A DNA stretch of 63,679 nt, filler included, from Kipferlia bialata (lineage: Eukaryota), in the NCBI GenBank assembly GCA_003568945.1. It is 4 parts of 4 records of this genome, joined end to end, with 100 filler letters (N's around TTAATTAATTAA, not from the genome) between each part and the next. Parts side by side here need not be neighbours in the genome. Positions count along the whole stretch, not along the records: positions 40,360 to 60,433 come from BDIP01000397.1; 3 more parts are not named here. One strand, 5' to 3'. The notes below the pieces were generated by a model that saw nothing but the letters and a program-made list of their open reading frames with translations, ran no database searches and was not told the origin of the DNA. A program made the position numbers and the translations under genes. The first letter of the stretch is position 1; each line of letters starts with the position of its first letter. Of the stretch, positions 40,496-53,987 are shown one piece after another.

Positions 40496-41749
40496 GTGGC
40501 TGCTTCTGGATGACTCGCCTATGCAGATGTCCAGGAAGGCCTCAGGGCCCAGCCAGGACGGGGTGTCTAGGGTGCTCCACATGGTGGGAGGCCAGGTGGG
40601 CACAGTGTATATACATAGTATATATGGTGGTAAGGTCCGTATGCAGAAGGATGGGAACTGATATTGGTGGGGAGAGATGAGTGAGGTCGGATCGACCCTC
40701 AACCACCTCTCTATCCCCTTTCTCCCACACCCACTCTCTCTACACGTATGTCTAGACGCATGTATGTCTCCCTCTCCGTACTTGTGTCCGACCCCAGGTT
40801 GCTCTACTCGTGAGGCAGGGCAGGACCAAGCTGGACCCCCAGACCCACTCTCGCATCGTGAGGGAAATCACGGGTATGGATATAGGAAGTGGTGTATATA
40901 TGAATGGACTGTTACCAGTATATGTATCAGTATCAGTATCAATAGTGGTCGGTTGACACCCCCTGCTGCTCACCCCAGGGGAGACTGTGATGGCCCTGGT
41001 GCACAACCTGCTGAGGTTCGAGGTCGACACCTTCGGGGGATTCACGGTGGTGCAGGTGGGGATCGGGTGATGGGGAGGGGGTGATGGGATGGGGTGATGG
41101 GGAGGGGGTGATGGGGATTGGGTGATGGGGATTGGGTGGTGTCTGCAGAGTGTGTGGCAACAGGTTTATTTTGTTATATTGTATTGTATTTCAGTATTTA
41201 TATGGTATATTACATTATATACATACTACCAACCTCAGGACATATCGCGCGTTGAGTGCTTCGTCAGGGACGTGCTCTACCCCCATGCACACCAGTACGA
41301 AGCCGACATGGACGTGTACCTGTCCCTGTTGGGTGGCGTTAAGGCACTGTTCTCCGTGCCCAAGCAGGTGAGTATCAGTAATGATACTGATACTGTTCTC
41401 GGTACCCAAGCGGGTGACACTTCATATCATATATGCATTTATACAGCTAGAATAGCCACCGAGGGTCCACTCCGAAGGTTCAACGTTCTTTGTGACCTCA
41501 CTATCAGTGTCTATACCTACCCATGGTTCTTCTCAATAGTGACCTTACCAATTCCCGTCCTGACTCTAGGCACTGCCTGACATCCTTGTTCCCTCCCCCT
41601 TCGAGCCGTGCCCGCTCCTGGACGTCAGTGTGTGCCGGGACCTGCTGCTCTGTAGGGGAGGGGCAGAGCCGGAGTACGCAGTGACTGCAGAAGAGGCCGA
41701 CGAGGTGCTAGCCACGGCCAAGCAGCGCAGGGGGAGGAAGGGCCGGTAG
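40496..41749 (+). CDS. C-terminal part of a CATCHR tethering subunit, most like exocyst Sec10/EXOC5 (5 exons visible)
   Basis: Spliced ...LDPQTHSRIVREITGETVMALVHNLLRFEVDTFGGFTVVQDISRVECFVRD...LLGGVKALFSVPKQALPDIL...LDVSVCRDLLLCR resembles my recollection of the Sec10 C-terminal pattern (HL..F...GG....D...Y...L.V.P..L...L.......R). COG4 is not excluded. Confidence 0.5.
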
Positions 41750-42095
41750 TCACGCTAGTCTCGTCTCACTGATACTGATACGGAACTAGGTACGGTACCA
41801 GGTCCAGTTATTATGAGACGGGTGGACTCAGAAATAAAGTGTGGATAGCGAGATTGGTGTACTTTGGATTCTTTGTCAGGTTTCCCTTTTGATATGTATT
41901 ATACTAAGTATACTTACTCTATCATATCTCTATATGCTCAGTATTGTATGTCAATCTGTCTGAATGCCTTTTTCTAGGGGCATACTGCTTCGGCACAGGA
42001 ATCGTACCTTATAATAATAAGAGCTGACAGGAACTCAACTCTCTCCAATATCCAGTACTCTATTCCACAAAAGAGAGACCTGACTCCAACTGTCC

Positions 42096-44553
42096 TCACC
42101 ACCCGGCCTGTGTGTCAAAGAACGATACTGGAACTGGCCTCGAGGACACACTCTGTTCTACGGATAGAGACCCTGCCCCTACGGATAGAGGAGGTCTATG
42201 GGTGAAGGTGTTGCCGACGGCTGTGCCCTTTGCATAGGCACTGTCTCTCTCTCTCCCAGCCTGCGTCCTGGCCCCTTGTCTACCCCTGGGTCCGGCATAG
42301 AAGGGCACGACCACAGCCTGCCTCTCTCTCTGCCTCTTGGCTGCCAATCTGATAGCGTCGGGATGGGTTAGACCGCCACAGGGACGGCGGTGATACTGAC
42401 TCCGCTCCCCCCCCCTCTCTCTCACTCGGGAGCGCTTACCACGGTCGAGACTCCGATCTCTCTCTACCGACACTCTGTCGCCTCTACTCCTGCTTCTGCT
42501 GACACTGACACTGGCACTGAGGCTCAGGACCTGGGGTGGGGACGGGAGCATGCAATGCTACTTGAAGACATGCAATGGTAGTAAGAGACCTGGGGTCGAA
42601 ATCAGTCGAGGTCAACGGAGGCCTTGATATACCGTAATGTCACCCACTATACTCGTGATACCTTCCATACACATGACACATATAGACAGAGGCGTATAAT
42701 GGAGTGGATATACCTTCGGAGCCCTACTCTCCCTGGTTTCCCCATAGTCCCTCCGGTGCTTGATACGTGTCCTCTCTCTAGGAGCCTTTGTCGTAAGTAC
42801 CCTAGACATCAGTGGGGGGTTGGGGTGTATAGAACGTCTGGATGGTATCATTTGATATCATCTGATACAGTCTACACGTCTCAGCACTCACCATGCGAGG
42901 GAGGGGGCCCTCCGGTTGGGCAGGGAGGGGGCTGGGCCAGGGGGGAAGTCGTGGCTAGGCAGGAGGAAGGGCAGGCAGCCCAGGTCGACCGGATCCGAGA
43001 CCTGGCCTAGAGCATGAGGCATGAGATATGGATATGGCACACAACACTTGACAGAAGACTCACGATAGGTGTGGTATAGTATAGGATGACACATTCATAT
43101 TATACACTGTGGTGTATATATACCTGTCCCAAAGAGAGCCTTCACCGCACTGAACGGGAGTGTGTGTGCCGGCAAGCCTAGTAGGTTCCTGGGTATACGG
43201 GTGCCTTCGGTCAGACATTGGGTATATAGATATACATATAAGAGAGTATACACATATACAAACGGTGACACTAGGATACCAGGAAGAACACCGGCAACAC
43301 TGGAGGGTTACGCTAACACTACATATATGTAACCCTGTCTCCGTACCGTGTGCATACGCAGTATCAGTATCTAATGATGATATATCTAATAATTCTGATG
43401 CTGATACTGATACTGTGTCCCTACCGTGTGCATACGCCGCCCTGTTGTGCACGATTGCTGCTGCCTGACAGAGGGGGGCAGACGCTGCATCGGGGGGCAG
43501 CGGGGTCAGGTTGTACAGGTGGCTGGGGTGGGGAGGGGGATGCAACATGTATATGCACATACGTGGATATACTATGATGGCGGATACGTGGTGGATAAGT
43601 GGTGGAAGGACGACATGGGCTGCAATACCTGTACTTGGTGGCTGCAATGGCGTATGTGGGCACCAAGGACATGTGCAGCTCGGAGTTGAGGTGGGGCTGG
43701 GTCAGGAGCAGACTGTGGATGGGGGGCAGGGCAGGGGGGCGGGCGCTGCTGCCACCAGCCCCACCCTCCACCTCCACTCCTGGTGTGTCTGCCTTGCCAG
43801 TGGCAGCATCAGTCTCGCTGCCAGTGTCACTGCCACTGTCATCCTGGCTACACCCAGAGCTGCACTGTGAGTCACAGTCTGCATCAGGCCCCTCACTGTC
43901 ACACTCACCATCATCAGCCCCCTCCTCAGAGGACTCCTCAGCCAGTGACTCGTCCCCCATACCTTCCCCCCCACACTCTTCTATAAGGGTCCGGGAGCCC
44001 ATGACGGAGTCCACCGACCCCAGACCAGTCTGTGGATCCCCCCCCTGAGACGAGTCGGGTGGGTACAGGCAGCTGTGCCGCAGGGGTGTTTCCAGTGACA
44101 GAGACAGAGACTCCACAGCCACCGGGCATGGGAGGGGGGCACGGTCTCTGCCATAGGTCACAGACTCATGATCGGGGCTGGAGTGCACAGGGAGCACAGG
44201 GGCACCCGTAGCGCCTGAAGCATCACCCTGTGGTGATGAGGGATAGCCGTTGGACAGAACAGGGTCCTTAGGCCCCTGGTCGGGATCCCCCCCTGTCATT
44301 GGGATATGCTCAATCACCCATTGCCCACTCTCCAGCTCCCTCTTCATCACATTGAAGTCTCGGAACCTGTCGTGAGAGGCACGTTCGCGCATGAAGTAGT
44401 GCATGAGAGAGAGGTAAGAACTTGACAGTCTAACTGAATCATACACCAGGAACAGACTCTCTCACAACCAGAGAGGACACTACCCCGAAATATGTTTGTA
44501 GCGGACGCCAACGAACGTACCTCACATGAATCCCCGGTACATCCCCTTCCCAT
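42096..44553 (-). CDS. Hypothetical multi-exon, largely disordered protein
   Basis: 341-aa open stretch (43421-44446) and 151-aa terminal ORF (42096-42551) with GT-AG introns between them; no recognisable domain. Confidence 0.5.
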
Positions 44554-44940
44554 GCATCTTGGCTTTTGCTAGACAAGCTTGGATTACATGGAGGTGAGGT
44601 GCCACTGTTGGCATACACCCGCTGACTAGATCCTAGGATGGGAGGTGAAGTCTCGTATAGTGCTCCATATTATTTGGTATTCAAGCTGCGTAGCTATCGT
44701 CGTGAGAGTAGTAACAACATAGTATCTATCCGTATGCGACCCACCATGCGAGAATACAACCTCAGAAGACCTATCCCCAGACCTGGGGAGGCCATTCATC
44801 TACAAACACCACCGGATCGCCCCAGAGTGCGCCATAGAAAGAAGAGCCATGGTAATCATCACCCATTCTGGATGCTGGACTCGAGGATAGTTTCGCGGCT
44901 TTTCGTAGTGGGGCTCAACCCCTTATTTTCTGTACCAAAA

Positions 44941-47900
44941 ATGAGACGGAGGGTGTGACTCACAACTTGAGCTCACAACTATATACTATTCTCAAGGATC
45001 GTTTGTGGTAGTAGTACACCCTGCTAGCAGTTTAAAGGGTGCCGTGTGATGCCGCTGGCTCTTTGCTTCAACCCAGGCCCCAAAATCTCTGCAGGAGATG
45101 TTGTGGAGATCTCTGTTAAGCATACAGCTAAGCCGAAACTGGCAAAGGTACAAGGGTCACTTACTCTCACATGTACATAGTATATTAACATATTGTCCTG
45201 GCTAAGACATTATGTTTCTGTTTGCGTCCGTCCCTTTGTGTGCATGTCTGTATGAGTCTGTCATCCACTGTGGATGCCGCATATTCTATATGACACTGGT
45301 TGCTTCGCTTTCAGTGCCTTCATGGGATTGTGTTCGGACTTAGTCCTGCCTTTCTGGGCTCTTGGTTGCTGACAGTACCACACTTCGTGTTTCATTCCCT
45401 CATATCATAGATATATCCTGTTCCAACTTGGCCCTCCTTGCTCGTCTCATATCTGTCTTATTCCAGGGACATGTCTTTGTCTACCGCTTTTCCCTTGGAC
45501 TGAGTGTTGATGAGCTCACCGTGCTGTCGGACTATACCCCCAGTCCCGTATGCACCTGGAGCCCATTGCAGGTTGTCCTGTGATATGGAAAAGATGAAAC
45601 CTATCCACTCCATTCGTATAATTATTCACCGCCACATACCCCATCACCGCACCATTTCTTGTCAAGATACTGATTTCAGGCCGGAGTGTACACTATCCAG
45701 TGCTCCACATGTCCCATGCCGTCCAGGAAACACTTTGCCAGTAGAGGAAGGGCGGTGGCCAAGGGGAAGGAGGTAAGTGGACATGCATGCATATGCCGTT
45801 GCATCGCGATACGATATCCGTGGCTGTCCTACCAAGTCAAGTCTCTTGCCATTCACCCTAGGTCCCCACCACCCTCCCCTTCCCCGTGCCCTTTGACTCC
45901 TGTACAGCCACCCTCAGCGTGGAGTGTGTGCTCAAGCATGACCCCGTGGCTACCCCTGCCGCTGTGGCAGCCCCTGCCTCCTCGTCTGATGCCTCCTGCA
46001 GTCTCGTCAGACTCAAGGTGGGGGGTGTCGCCACAGTATTGCTCTCTGTCTCTCCCTCTGTGCCATCAGTATCTGTCTCCAGTGTCTAGTAATGCCTCTC
46101 TCCTCATTGCCAGGCCAGGGTTGTGTCTCATGACAACCCCTCTATCCCAGTCCTCTGTACCCCTCCCTTGTCCAGGTACCAACAGATCCAGAGGCAATGC
46201 CAGTGGCAATGTCACATATATATATATCACATAGATCATCATTTGTTGTGGAAGTGTCTACCATGGCTGATACCCAGAAATGTGACATCTGAGCGAGTTT
46301 TGGTCACGCCTCTATGGCGAATCAAACCTGCTGCTGGCACTGCCCTTACCTCGCAGTGGAGGGTCAGGAGGTATTTACTGCCCCGTGGGACAGGTCTATG
46401 TATCTATATGTATTCACAGAGACTGGCACTAGGCCCTAGTAATACCACTGCCCTCAGGTCCTGGTACCGTGGGAAGAGCACTCTGTGTGACCCTGGGTAC
46501 GGGGCCCTTCTACCCATAGGCCCATGCCCACCCAACTTCGAGATCCAGGTATCTATGCGAGTGTGAACAAGAGAGAACCGTCTTCCGACTCCCCCCCCCC
46601 CCCCCCCCCCCCTTTTTTTTTTTTTTTTTTTTGGGCTCCCCCCCCCCCCCCCCCCCCCCCAACCAGACCCCCTACACACACCTACTCCTTCTCTCATCCC
46701 CAGGGTGTCTCTGGTGACATTGACCTCCCCGCCCTGGGCTTTGAGCCCTATGGGGACAACCTCATGGTCAGGTGTGTATATGTATTGTAAGACTAGGCCA
46801 TACACTGTGGTTCTATTGAATACATCCCCTCCACCCCCTCTCGCTGCCTCTGACTGTCAGGTGGCCCCCCGTGACTGGGCAGAGAGGTGCAGATGCCGCC
46901 CCCGGCCCCTCCCAGCAGGACCTGGACACCCTGCTGGAGGGCACACCCTACGCCCCACAGGTCGATAGGGTACGGGTCCACCACACTCATTGTATATACA
47001 TGATACTCATTGTGTGTACAGCAGCATAGTGTCTCACTGTCATGTCTCTGACCCCCAGGTTGGTACTCTCCACAGGGTGTATCTGCCTGACCACGACTAC
47101 TACCTGGGTGGGTATAGTATATATCATATGGAAATATGTCTATATGTTGGGTATAAACACTGGATATCCTTTCTCTCTCATATTTATGTACTAAGCTCCC
47201 CCCCTCACCCCAGAGTCAGTAGTGTGCTCCGTGACAGCCGGCTTCGAGGACGACGCCCTTATCGCACTCACAGTATTGGAGCAGACATACAGGTACATGC
47301 ATGTACAGTCTAGTCCAATGGAGTTGCTATCCCTCATCCCCTATACCCCCTATACCCACCCCCAGGCTGAAGTGCATCTCCACCCTGTCCCGGGAGATGG
47401 TCCGTAACGCAGCGAGGTGGGTGTGATCCTCATTATGTCCTAGTGTCTTTTGTGGTGTATAGTTCATCCTTCTTTGGCTTACACCTCTCTGTCCTCTGCT
47501 GACCCCCCAGGTATGGCAGCCTGTGGACCCTGGTCCCAGAGGGCAGCCCTGCCCACCACCCCTCGGCATGCATCGTATGTACGTCACACACACATATTCC
47601 AAACTGCTACCTACATACATATGTGTATACATATACACACACTGACCCCTAGGCAGCCACCCCGGCTTCTACAAGCAGTTCTCCACCCTGCGCATGACCA
47701 GGGTGATGCCTGTCATCCTGGGCAGTGGGGACATGAGGAGGGCCATGGGGCTTATGGACGAGGTAGGGGGTAATTAGGATAGACAGTGGCTATATTGGTA
47801 TTCTGGTGCATTGGTATGTTCTAACCGTCTCTCACGGATATTATGATGTTCTTTCGATTTGGTGTCTTGTCTCCATACTCTCCCTCTCACCCCAGATTGG

Positions 47901-48487
47901 CAAGCGCCACCCCGCCCTGACCGATGCCAACCACATCTACATCGGGTACATATGCACCCCCAGCACCAGGAGGGGGCAGGGGGTGGGGTCCATCCTTATG
48001 GACAAGGTATGTCTCTCTTTACAGTCTCTACTCACTGTGTGACAGGTAGTGTAGTCCTCACCGCCAGCTCAAGGCTCTCTGTGACCATCCTGCCCACCTC
48101 ACAGAGCTGTACCTCGAGAACAGCAAGGAGGCCAACCTCGGCTTCTACCACGGCAGACACGGGATGCAGGTATATATAGTCTAGTATTTGCAAGCATCCT
48201 TTGGGTATGGCTCCCTCTGTCCCCTTCTACCCCCCAGGTCTACGAGCGCCTCGACCTGACCAGGGCCAGTGGTCTGTTTGGCTGTGTCAAGTACTACGTC
48301 ATGAAGAGAACACCTGGAGCACAGGGTACGTCACTCTGTCTACCTGCACAACACTCTACCATTCTACCATGAACATCATATATCTGTGTACACCTCTGAC
48401 CCCCCAGACGTCCCCCTGTGTGCCAATGACCAGGAGTTGGATGCCATCACCACCCCTGTGGTACTCAAGGACAACTAGGTCAATGTA
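44941..48487 (+). CDS. Multi-exon protein with C-terminal GNAT N-acetyltransferase domain (about 47214-48325)
   Basis: HIYIGYICTPSTRRGQGVGSILMDK (motif A, RxxGxG) and LYLENSKEANLGFYHGRHGMQV (motif B). The N-terminal exons and start codon are tentative and could be a separate gene. Confidence 0.7.
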
Positions 48488-48621
48488 GGTCAAGCAATGT
48501 CAATATAGGTCATGGTTATACTGTTGAGAGAATCAAACGTTGCTGTATACACCCAGCATGCAACATTGACAGGATATTCACACTTGCCTTTTCTCTCCAT
48601 CACTGCTCACACCTGTGAACA

Positions 48622-49695
48622 ATGCCCCCAAGTGTCACCTTCTTCCCTCTCTCCCTCCCCATCTCCCTGGGTAACGTGTACTCAGTCACAACTCTAGCAG
48701 TGCCTGGGGGTGGGAACCCTCCCAGCGTCAGTGTGCTGGTGCTGGAGGCTGGAGTGCGTAGCACTGGCTACGTCAGGTCCCACATCCTCACATTTGACAT
48801 TGACAACAACTGCACACACGAGGAGATCCCAAACTGCCCCATACCCCTCTTCCCTGACTCCCTAGGTATACAATATGAATACTAACCGTATTCTCCGTTC
48901 TCGGAACAGAAGATAGCCTGTATACTGTGGTCACTGACTACACTGTAGTCAGCCTGTGTAAACAGTATCGATATCACACACTGACCTCCAGATGCTGCAC
49001 ACCTAGGAGACAGAGTGTGTGTTGTGTGCCGTGACTCTGACTTAAGCCAGCGCAGAGCCCCCGAGATGTTCTCTCTCTCCCTCTCTGACAGGAGGTGGGA
49101 GACAGTAGACACGCAAGAGGTCGAGGACAGTGGCCGGATGGTGTCCTATGAGACCCCCGTCTCGGTGTTTGCCATCGACGGCACATGCTACATTTCCATG
49201 TGCTACGAAGAAGGCTACCCTTCGGCGAAGAAGGCCGTCTTCCTCGCCTACCACCCCACACAGTACCGCTGGGAGAGACTGACCCCACCCAGTCTGGAGT
49301 GCATGGACCTCTATCCCAAGTGTTGTGTAGTAGCAGACGGGGTGGGCTACATACTGGGAGAGGAGAACCACGTGTCGTACGCGCCCTCCCTTTCCCTGCT
49401 ACCCTCCCTGGGGTGGACTAAGGAGACACCTCTCCCTGAGGCACTTACCCTGGACCAGGTGAGCTCCTGCTGTGCAGTGCCTATGGGGAGGGACGTCTTG
49501 GTCCTGCACATGGCTACGGGTAGAGCCATTGTCTACCGCACCGTGACCCATGAGTGGGAGAGTGTGGACTGTTCCCTGCTAGACCCACAGGACAGACCCA
49601 AGACAGCATGCACTATCAGAGGGTCTCACTTCCTGGCGGCCTCGGCCAGAGGCGCAACAGCATCCCGATTGTTCATAGGGACCTTTATGGAGTAA
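48622..49695 (+). CDS. Kelch-like beta-propeller protein (2 exons; intron about 48866-48990)
   Basis: Repeated blades with small beta-strands and W at blade ends: FSLSLSDRRWETV, FAIDGTCYI, AYHPTQYRWERL, VVADGVGYILG, VYRTVTHEWESV. Confidence 0.6.
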
Positions 49696-49967
49696 GGGAG
49701 TAGGATAGTACACTGCACTCTCTGTATAGGGCGCATGGCGTCATTGGCATTTGTCAAGTGTGTAGTGTGTGGATATCATAGAATATACACCAACGATAAG
49801 CCCCCAGTGCCCAGTGTTCATAGTTGCTGTTTCTTGTGAATGTATAACGATTGAAGAAGTGCTACCGAGCCGTACGGTTCACACTTTATCTCACACGAAC
49901 AAATTTCAAGACATGGCATTTCATCTATATGTGCTGATACATATCATCTGTCTCTGTGTGAATGGTC

Positions 49968-52264
49968 TCAGAGACCAACGTTCATCTGCATCGTCCACCT
50001 GTCTCCCTGCTCCTCAGCCATGTCCTGGGGGTGAGAGATGTATACGTATACACTTGTTTATACTTCAGCCATGTCCTGGGGAGGGAGAGGGATGTATGTA
50101 TACGTATACACTTGTATATGTATGAACGTCCTCAGCCATGTCCTGGGGGTGGGATGTACTGTATATGTATACGTTTACCATTATATATACTTCAGTCATG
50201 TCCTGGGGTGAGGGAGTGGTGTTAAACACTCTCTCTATATGAATACAGATGAGGTATGAGAACACAACCAGATAAATCAGTGGTATTCGTATTGAACACA
50301 CCTGTGGCCCGTGCTGCTCGGGTGATGGCGATGGCGCCTCCTCAGGCTCCGGTCTCTCTCGGCTCAGGAACCACCTGCGACTTAGTAAACATGGGAGAAG
50401 TGATTGATCTCTTAGCATGTACAAAGAGCAGTGATCTTCCTAGAATATGATGTCGAAGATACATATTGGTGTATGATAGACTCATAAGATACACTGAAGA
50501 TCCCTCCCACCTCAGTCCGAAGTATGTCGCTGTCCCCAGTAGTATGGCCAGGGCTATACCAATGGCAGCAAATGTGGTCGTGTAGTAGACCTCTGTGGTG
50601 TTAGGGACGGGTTCCTCAACCCGGGACGTATTTGGTTCTAATATCGCGACAGTGCATATGATGGTGATCCAAATTACCAAGACTACTGGAAGATACATCA
50701 ATAGAAGTACTATCGCCTATAACAGACTACTATCCCATGTATGAAAGCACTTAGACTCAAGGGTGGTGTCTACACTTGAAGACACAGTGTGAACGTAGCA
50801 TATAGGTGCAACTATATGGATACCTGCCAGGTCGAACTCTGCCAGCAGAATGGCAAAGAGGATGGCAACAATAGCTGGGGTGAGGCGCTACATACTATAG
50901 TGTGACTAAATGGAACACTGTTGAGCCTGTATCGACCATATATGGTCACACTGCTCACTAGCATACACTCACTTGGGTACACGATGACCCTGGCTGCGTT
51001 GGGTACGAACATGATGGGAATTGCCAGTGCCTAAGGTGAGGGGAAGAAATGCACTGTGGTGAAGGCATACGAGGGACCCATTGGCCACCGGGTTGCAAGA
51101 AAGGGGACTCTGTAACAAGTAGCTATCAAGAAGTCATCTGCCTATCCCATGACTCACCTGTGACTCGGGTAGCTCCTTTGTCAGCTCTGCTATGGAGTCC
51201 CTAGACAGTAGGTAGGCCTGCCACAGATGGAGGGTGTCTGGGGGTGAGACAGACACATAGACACTCAAGTATATCATGTATATCTTTAGAGGGTGTTAAT
51301 ATAGGCCTGAGACGGATGGATGGTATCTGATTGTGAATAGATTGCATCACTCATTGTTACGAAATCAAAGCGTGCATTCTCTGCACTCTAGTACAAACTA
51401 ATGCTCTTGAGTGGGTCCAATACCCAATAGCCAATAGTCCACTGAGTGCCACACGAGTACTACTCTTTGCATAACATGTACCACTACTCACTGTTGAATG
51501 CTGCGACCCCCGCCCCCACCGTGATCAGAATGGGTATGCCATAGGTGTGGATACGCTCCAAGGGCTCAATGTTGAGACGGGCCTGGGTGAAGACTGGCGG
51601 TGAGATTAATTGAGTTTGCTGTAAAATGTGAGACTCAATAGGTAATAGAAGTCCAGACGGACTCTATGCTGCGCTAACATATCTGCATGTATAGAGACCT
51701 TGTCAAAGTTGCTAAAGTGAGACTACTTTAGTGTCTCTCTACCACCAGTATATATTGGCCTCTAATCGTATTCGCTCCATAAGGTATTCATTGTATATAT
51801 GGGTACCGTACATGTCCACCCAATGCCAAAGATGATGGACGAGTTCAGCAGATTGATCAACCTCGACACAATCTGGAGGTTGAGAGGGAGGGGGTGGAGG
51901 AATATCAAATGAACTCCATATAGTGTGTGAAGCATTCCGTTCTTTCATTGATCTCCTGATGATGTACCCTGTTCAGCTGGTTAGACTTCATTTATATACA
52001 TACATACATATATATACATAATCTAGTAATAGAACATTATATATATACACTCAACGTACAATCATGTATTTTCTTCATGCCGTGTATAGTGTCACTCACG
52101 TTGATCTCCTTATGACGTGCCCTGTCCATCACACACATCTTGCTTTGTACATATATACTGCATATATACGTAGCATATCATGACGGTCATATATATGTAT
52201 GTATATCCCTCACGTTGATCTCCTGGTGGTGTGCCCTGTCCATCTTCCACCGTGCTAGGGCCAT
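49968..52264 (-). CDS. Hypothetical multi-pass membrane protein, multi-exon
   Basis: Hydrophobic exons (GIPILITVGAGVAAF, ALAIPIMFVP, IVAILFAILLAEF, VVLVIWITIICTVAIL, FAAIGIALAILLGTATYF). The probable last exon DMAEEQGDRWTMQMNVGL* is marked by three upstream shadow copies. The start is uncertain. Confidence 0.5.
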
Positions 52265-53330
52265 GGTCTCTACACACACACACTGCTACTGAGGTAGTAG
52301 GTACTGTAGAGTCTACAGTTGTATAGACTGACGCTGCCGGGGTTGTAAGGCTGGTAACAGACAGACAGCAGAGTAAGGCTGGTCGGACAATCGATACGGA
52401 TTCTCAGCAGATTCCCACTCAGATCTAAATAGGGTTGTTAGATTCAAGAGTCAAGAGGAAGAGAGACTTTGGGAGATTTGACCATTGCACTGATACCCTA
52501 TATGCTACAGAAGACATCTCACTCAATGCACAGACTGTAAAGTGTAGGACAGAGACTTTGGTTCACACGTTGTTGAAACGCTCCTTCCTACCTGTGAATA
52601 TAGCCAAGTGCTTAGAGGTGTTTGCAGGGGTGTCAGCCCATGAAAACACGCTCACAGAGGTGTATGCCACGAGCAAGTGCGATGAGGGCATAGTACCGCT
52701 TTTAGCAATAGAAAGGATCCATTCACTGTATGTATTGCACGTACATAGACGTATATAGACGTACACGTAGCTGTTGTCTCGCAATGGGGGAATATAGGGA
52801 GTAACGGCCTGTACCGGTGTTACTTCAGCATAGTAGGTATTGGTGAGAGGCTTCTAGCTTGTGTTTGTAGTCTTGAATAGTCTAAGGCATAAGTCCAATT
52901 CCAATATTGCCACATTGATCAAATGAATGACTAATTCAGTGTCACCTCTCTTCTCTGCGACCATGAGCCAACCAGCTCCAGTGGTATCGGCCCTGCCCTG
53001 CCACCCGGGCCTCACATTCAGACCCATATCCCTGGGACACAGGGTAGGGCAGGGTGTACATATATGCGTGGGTTGCATTCACCCGGCTTTCTGCCACTGA
53101 TGTATTCCATAGGGCATGGGTTGGACATCCATATCACTTATCATACTGCTGTATGTACCCATATACTGAATACTGATAGAGTTGTATGCCAGTGTGGGTG
53201 TGTATAGTATCATTGGTAGTTGATACCGATATTCATTCAGTGCTGATTCCCGTTAAGTGTACCCCATACATCATAGACCTAGGTAGCCTCTACACCTGTA
53301 CATATCTATCATCCAACCCCCTCACCCCTC

Positions 53331-53364
<34 letters not shown>

Positions 53365-53987
53365 GGGGGGCCCCCCCCCCACACACACACACACACACCT
53401 CCCCTTATCTTGATATCTAGATCTATCAGGTTCTGTGGCCAGAGTATCCCTAGCATTCTTAGTTGGATTGTACTCCTCCACTCATGCACAGACAACTAAT
53501 GTTTCATCACTAGCGATGGTATTTGACAGAATGCAAGTGGGTTTTAATTTTTTCTGATCCATCTTGACTCCCTCACCTAAAGTGTATAGATGTAGTGTAT
53601 AGAGATACCTCTCTCGACACTCACCCTGCCACAATTTGACTCACAACCAGATGCTCGGTGCCGGACTCTCTAAGTGCCACTCCCTCAGTGTCTGAGGGCA
53701 AGAGGATAAGAGAGGTATGGCTCAATGCTGCATATACTCTTTATACATTTACTCTGTATGCATATAGAGTGTGTCTGATCTACTTCAATAATTGATACTG
53801 AGTATTTCCGAGTACTCACATGCTCTCTCCCAATCCTCATGGATATTAACACTATATTCACCACTAATTATCAGTCATCTGAAAGTGTGTGTGTCTCTCT
53901 ATGTATGTATTATTGTATAGACTGGTGCTGCTTGCCCTTGACTCCACGTTTTGAAGCGTTACCTGTATATACTAGTCCTTACGCTAG

